From assembly GCA_026936335.1 (NCBI GenBank), contig JAPMXV010000005.1, positions 124,001 to 188,000 of the forward strand: DNA of 64,000 nucleotides, given 5' to 3'. The stretch's first letter is position 1. Each line of letters opens with the position of its first letter. A program made the translations under genes and the position numbers. Positions 60,501 to 64,000 of this stretch are shown here, in pieces. The notes below the pieces were generated by a model, which was given only the letters and a program-made list of their open reading frames with translations, had not been told where the DNA came from and ran no database searches. This stretch comes from Mantamonas sphyraenae STR306 (lineage: Eukaryota > Protista > CRuMs).

Positions 60501-63272
60501 CATTGCCAGTTGCGTACGAGCCAGCAGAGCAGGGGTAGCATCCAGACAGCCCCGTTGTGTTGGCAAACGAGCCTGCGGGGCACCCGAAGCACTGTGTGGC
60601 GTTGATGGGTGAGTAGCTACCAGCAGAGCATGGCAAACAGTTGGGTGTGCCTGTGGCATTTGCATATGTGCCTGCGGGACATCCAGTGCAGGTCGATTGT
60701 CCGGACAGAGGTTGCTCCTCGCCCACGGAGCATGGAGTGCACACGGTGGCCTTTGCAAGCGAGTAGCTGCCTGCAGAGCAATTGGTACACGACGTGGTCG
60801 AGCCACCAGAATACTTGCCTGCGTCGCAGTTGACGCAGGTGAGTGCGCCGTCTGCGAATGTGCCCGCAGCACACACGTCGCAGGATGTCGACGCAGGTGC
60901 GCCTGCCACAGATCCAGAGGGACAGGCGAGGCAGCCGGACAAAGATGTGACCCCTGTGCTGTTGGAGTATGTGGTGGCGGGACACACTGTGGGCGTTGTG
61001 CTTCCGCTTGGGCAGTAGTGGCCCACAGGGCATGTTTCGCATGCCGTGCTGTTTGCCCGGTAGCTGCCTGCTGCACACACTCCACATGTGTTGGATTGCG
61101 TAATGATTTCGTTGGCGTTGCACACCAGAGGCGTGCATGCTGTGGTGGTGTTGACAAAGGCATACCCGAATGTGCATGCTGTGCAGCTGGTTGCCCCCGT
61201 GGTGTTGCTGTATGTGTTGTTTGTGCACGGCGTGCATGCAGCACCCGCCACTGCACTAAACTTGCCTGGAATGCACGCTGCACACTGTGACACCTCTGCA
61301 CGGCGTTCACTTCCAGCCGGACAGGTGCCGTTCCACAACAGCACCCTGTCTCCGGACACCATCACCAGTGACCCATCCAGGGCGGTTGCCAGTCCTCGCA
61401 CGAGGCGTCCAGTGTCGTACGACTCCATCAGCGTGCCATTGTTGACGTTGATGGATCGCAGCAATGTGTTTGTGCCCACGTATGCGCGTTGTTCTTGTCC
61501 TTGTCGCGCATCGATGATGATGTTGCACGTGGCTGTGAAGGGACGGGTGTTAGCAATGGAGTTGGGGTGGTAGTGAAGGGTTGTAAAAGGCAGTGGTGGG
61601 TGAGGGGATTGTGGCAATCCAACGCACTCTTTTCGTTGGGATTGGCCACAGCCCAACGCAGTGACCCCGATGCTGCGTTGATGCCCACGTGGTGTGTGCG
61701 GTTGTTGACCACAAACACATCCCATGCGTCGCTGTAGGCAAAGCCGCCTACGGGGCTGAGCACCACGTCGTCCTCATTGGCAGAGAAGGGAACAGCCCAG
61801 ATCTCAGACCCGTTGACCTGGTGGACCATGCGCAGTGTCGAGTTGCTGGCCAGCAGCAGAGTTGCCTCTCCTTTGTAATGACGCAGCACAGGCGTTGTGC
61901 GGAAGTGCTCTCCTGGGTAGGTGATGGACCAGGAGACGGAGCCTGTGGTGCAAGCACGCATCGCCGTCTTGCCTTCTTCGGTTGCGTAGAACACCTCGCC
62001 CGCATTGTTTGCAGCCAGTCCACCCAGAACTGCATGTGACGGGGTACGGCGAGTGCACACAAGGGCACGTGGGTCTGTGTGAGCTGCAGGGCAGGTGGTG
62101 AAACGAGAAAAACGGCAGGAAACGCACTGATGTCTGAACCGACGGAACCGGCTGCCAGGGAGCTGCCCAGAAAGCGCACCGAGCGCACACCAGACCACGC
62201 AGAGACACCGCCGCCGTACAGATAGCGTCCGGCACAGAGGGTGGGGCGTGTGAGACCTGTGGGTGGGGAGTGTGAGACGAGCTGGAACAAGGGTCAAGCA
62301 AAAAAGCTTCGCTGCGGGCGCCTGCGGCGGAAACACAGCGACGTGGGTGGGCCACATACCCATCTGTGCTGAAAAGGAAAGTTCATCGCGGACTCCGCCG
62401 GCAGAGACAGAGTTGAAGAGAAGGGCACGCGAGTTGATGCCGCCTGTGCCGCTGGTGGTGGTGAGGACATTGCTGCCGTTGACCAGCATGGGCGCCGTGA
62501 GCACTGCAAGGGCGGAAAGGCAGGGGATGAGGAACAGGGAAACAGGGTGGAGAGGTGACCAGTGATGTGTCAGCAACATCGCACGTGTGTGTGTGTGCAC
62601 GCGGTCTGATGGGAAGACGTACTGGGCGCGTTCAGTGAGAAGTTCCAGGCATCCTCAAGCCTGCTGGTCAGGCCGTAGAGCTTAGGGGTGGATGCAGCCT
62701 GGCAGCCCACAATGATGTCCCCCTTTTGTGACACTGCAGCTGCGCCGAGGACTGTGGGCAGTTTCCAAGGGACGGAGGCAGGGCGGGAGAAGAAACGGAT
62801 GAGCGGCGGGAAAACGAGTTTGCAGTCGTGCGGGGAGGCCGATGCATGTGTGCATGGGGCACGGAAACGGGAGAATGGAAATGAACAAAGTGGTGTGCAG
62901 GGCATGGAGGGCAAAGTGTGGGTGCAAACGCACATATACAACCGGCAACCTGGGTGGAAGTGTGGTCTGCGCCGGTGGCCAAATCGGGAACATGCGCATC
63001 AGGGAACGCATGGGAGCGGCCTGTGTTGGATGTGTCGGCCTGGTACATGGGCCACCCTGCGTTTTCGTCCAAGGAAAAGTCAGCAGCGACCATGTGCATG
63101 CCCAGGAGGAGCAGTAGGAGGGCGAGAAGACGGGTCTGGAAAAGGGAAACGGATTCGGCGGGTGAAGGCGGGTTGGGTCGACAGGAAGGTGTGGGTGTGA
63201 GTCGGGGGAGGAAGAGGGTGGGAGGGTGGGAGAACGGTGGCTGGGGCGTACCGTGGGGGTCGGAATGGACAT
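54574..63272 (-). CDS. Receptor-like protein C, paralog of B (near-identical 5' part, longer Cys-rich stalk, ~9-TM domain)
   Basis: 5' exons mirror gene B. The unique 3' part has CxxCxAGxF repeats and TM motifs TYVQI, VNWP, FNLNIE..HPEC, YGALYIRFEHAFYWWE..RK and RPYESTNYDR.E. Confidence 0.85.
59324..60780. repeat. 549-bp (183-aa) coding tandem repeat, ~2.65 copies, in the stalk of receptor C
   Basis: Shadow ORFs recur at 549-nt spacing (59519/60068; 59771/60320; 59842/60391). The peptide CSAGSYSLAKATVCTPCSVGEEQPLSGQS occurs three times. Confidence 0.93.
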
Positions 63273-63551
63273 GGTGGTCGCGTATCCGAGGAGGGCAGGG
63301 GGAAAATGGTTGGGTGCGGGAAGGCGGGGACAGGACGGGTCGGTGGAGGGGTGGGCAGGGATGGGAGGGAAGGGTATGGAAAGAAGGGAGGCGTGTGTGT
63401 GTATGTGGGAGGTGGAGAGGACGGGGGAGGGATTGGGAGGTGGAGGAGCGGGGTGGAAGTGGTTGTGCGGGGGAAAACGGGCGGTCGCAAGTGCGCGCGG
63501 GGCAGTAGGTTTGGCGCAGGGTGTACCTGGAGAGGCAGCGGAAGAAAAGTA

Positions 63552-63669
63552 ACCAACGTTCAAACACTCCAGAAAGCACAGGGTCCCTGCCGAACCCCAC
63601 CGTTAAGCTGGAGATGGCAGCCGTAGTACTTTGATGGGGGACCTCAAGGGAATTGGCTGTGACGTTGGT
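63552..63669 (+). rRNA. 5S rRNA gene, copy 3
   Basis: Identical to copy 1 and followed by AATTCTCTTTTTT. Confidence 0.93.
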
Positions 63670-63911
63670 AATTCTCTTTTTTGCTTTTTTTCGGCTTGGC
63701 TCTTTTTGCGTATGGTTCCCAGTGCCGACTGTGGGTCATTGTGTTTTCGGGCGGGTGGGGTGGGTAGTGCTTCGCTTCATTGAATGTGTCCACGTGTGTG
63801 TGTGTATGTGTGTGTCTTGTTCCCCCCTGCTCTCCTGCAGACAATGAACTGGGACTCAGCGTTGATTCGTGGGTACTGGGAGTCGGTGGGGGCGCATGTC
63901 ATGCATACCCA

Positions 63912-64000
63912 TCAAGCACCTGTCCATGCCCCGTTTGCACGCACCAGCCACGTCTCCACCCTCTCCACCACCTCGTCCGGCAGCGTCACCCACTGTTCCC
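63912..64000 (-). CDS. 3' end of a second copy of the ankyrin-repeat gene (partial)
   Basis: Reverse complement of 32178-32266 (EQWVTLPDEVVERVETWLVRANGAWTGA*). Confidence 0.75.
   Translation of the reverse strand, partial: EQWVTLPDEVVERVETWLVRANGAWTGA

Larger units (their letters stand above)
60847..64000 (-). repeat. Right arm of the long inverted repeat (runs off the window end)
   Basis: Reverse complement of 32178-35334, with roughly ten substitutions and one small indel noticed by eye. Confidence 0.95.

Noticed and set aside
60847-64000. Inverted repeat as a pure assembly artefact
   Set aside because: The arms differ by scattered substitutions and an indel, and each joins in frame to a distinct complete paralog. 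An artefact is not fully excluded without reads.

Overview
This is gene-dense, GC-rich eukaryotic (protist-like) DNA with short GT-AG introns and very short intergenic gaps. The organism is probably flagellated, since it encodes CEP290. Genes in order: TMTC-type O-mannosyltransferase (-); RCC1-repeat protein with a huge tandem-repeat coiled coil (-); UBE2J1/Ubc6-type E2 (+); OSCA/TMEM63 channel fused to RasGAP and PH domains (+); a giant LamG/Ig/IPT/Cys-rich multi-TM receptor 'A' (-); an apparently intronless ankyrin-repeat gene (+); Cys-rich multi-TM receptor 'B' (+); CEP290 (-); IVD (+); a 7TM-TKL kinase (-); CCT2 (-); receptor 'C' (-, paralog of B); and the 3' end of a second ankyrin gene copy (-). 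The ORF track misses three identical 118-nt 5S rRNA genes. Each sits head-to-head about 280-300 nt upstream of one of the three receptor-family genes, and two of them bracket the ankyrin gene as an inverted pair. A near-identical inverted repeat of at least 3.15 kb (32178-35334 / 60847-64000+) covers the ANK 3' end, a 5S gene and the 5' part of receptors B and C. It flanks a 25.5-kb segment that could be invertible. All calls come from reading the sequence and recalling family motifs; no searches were run.
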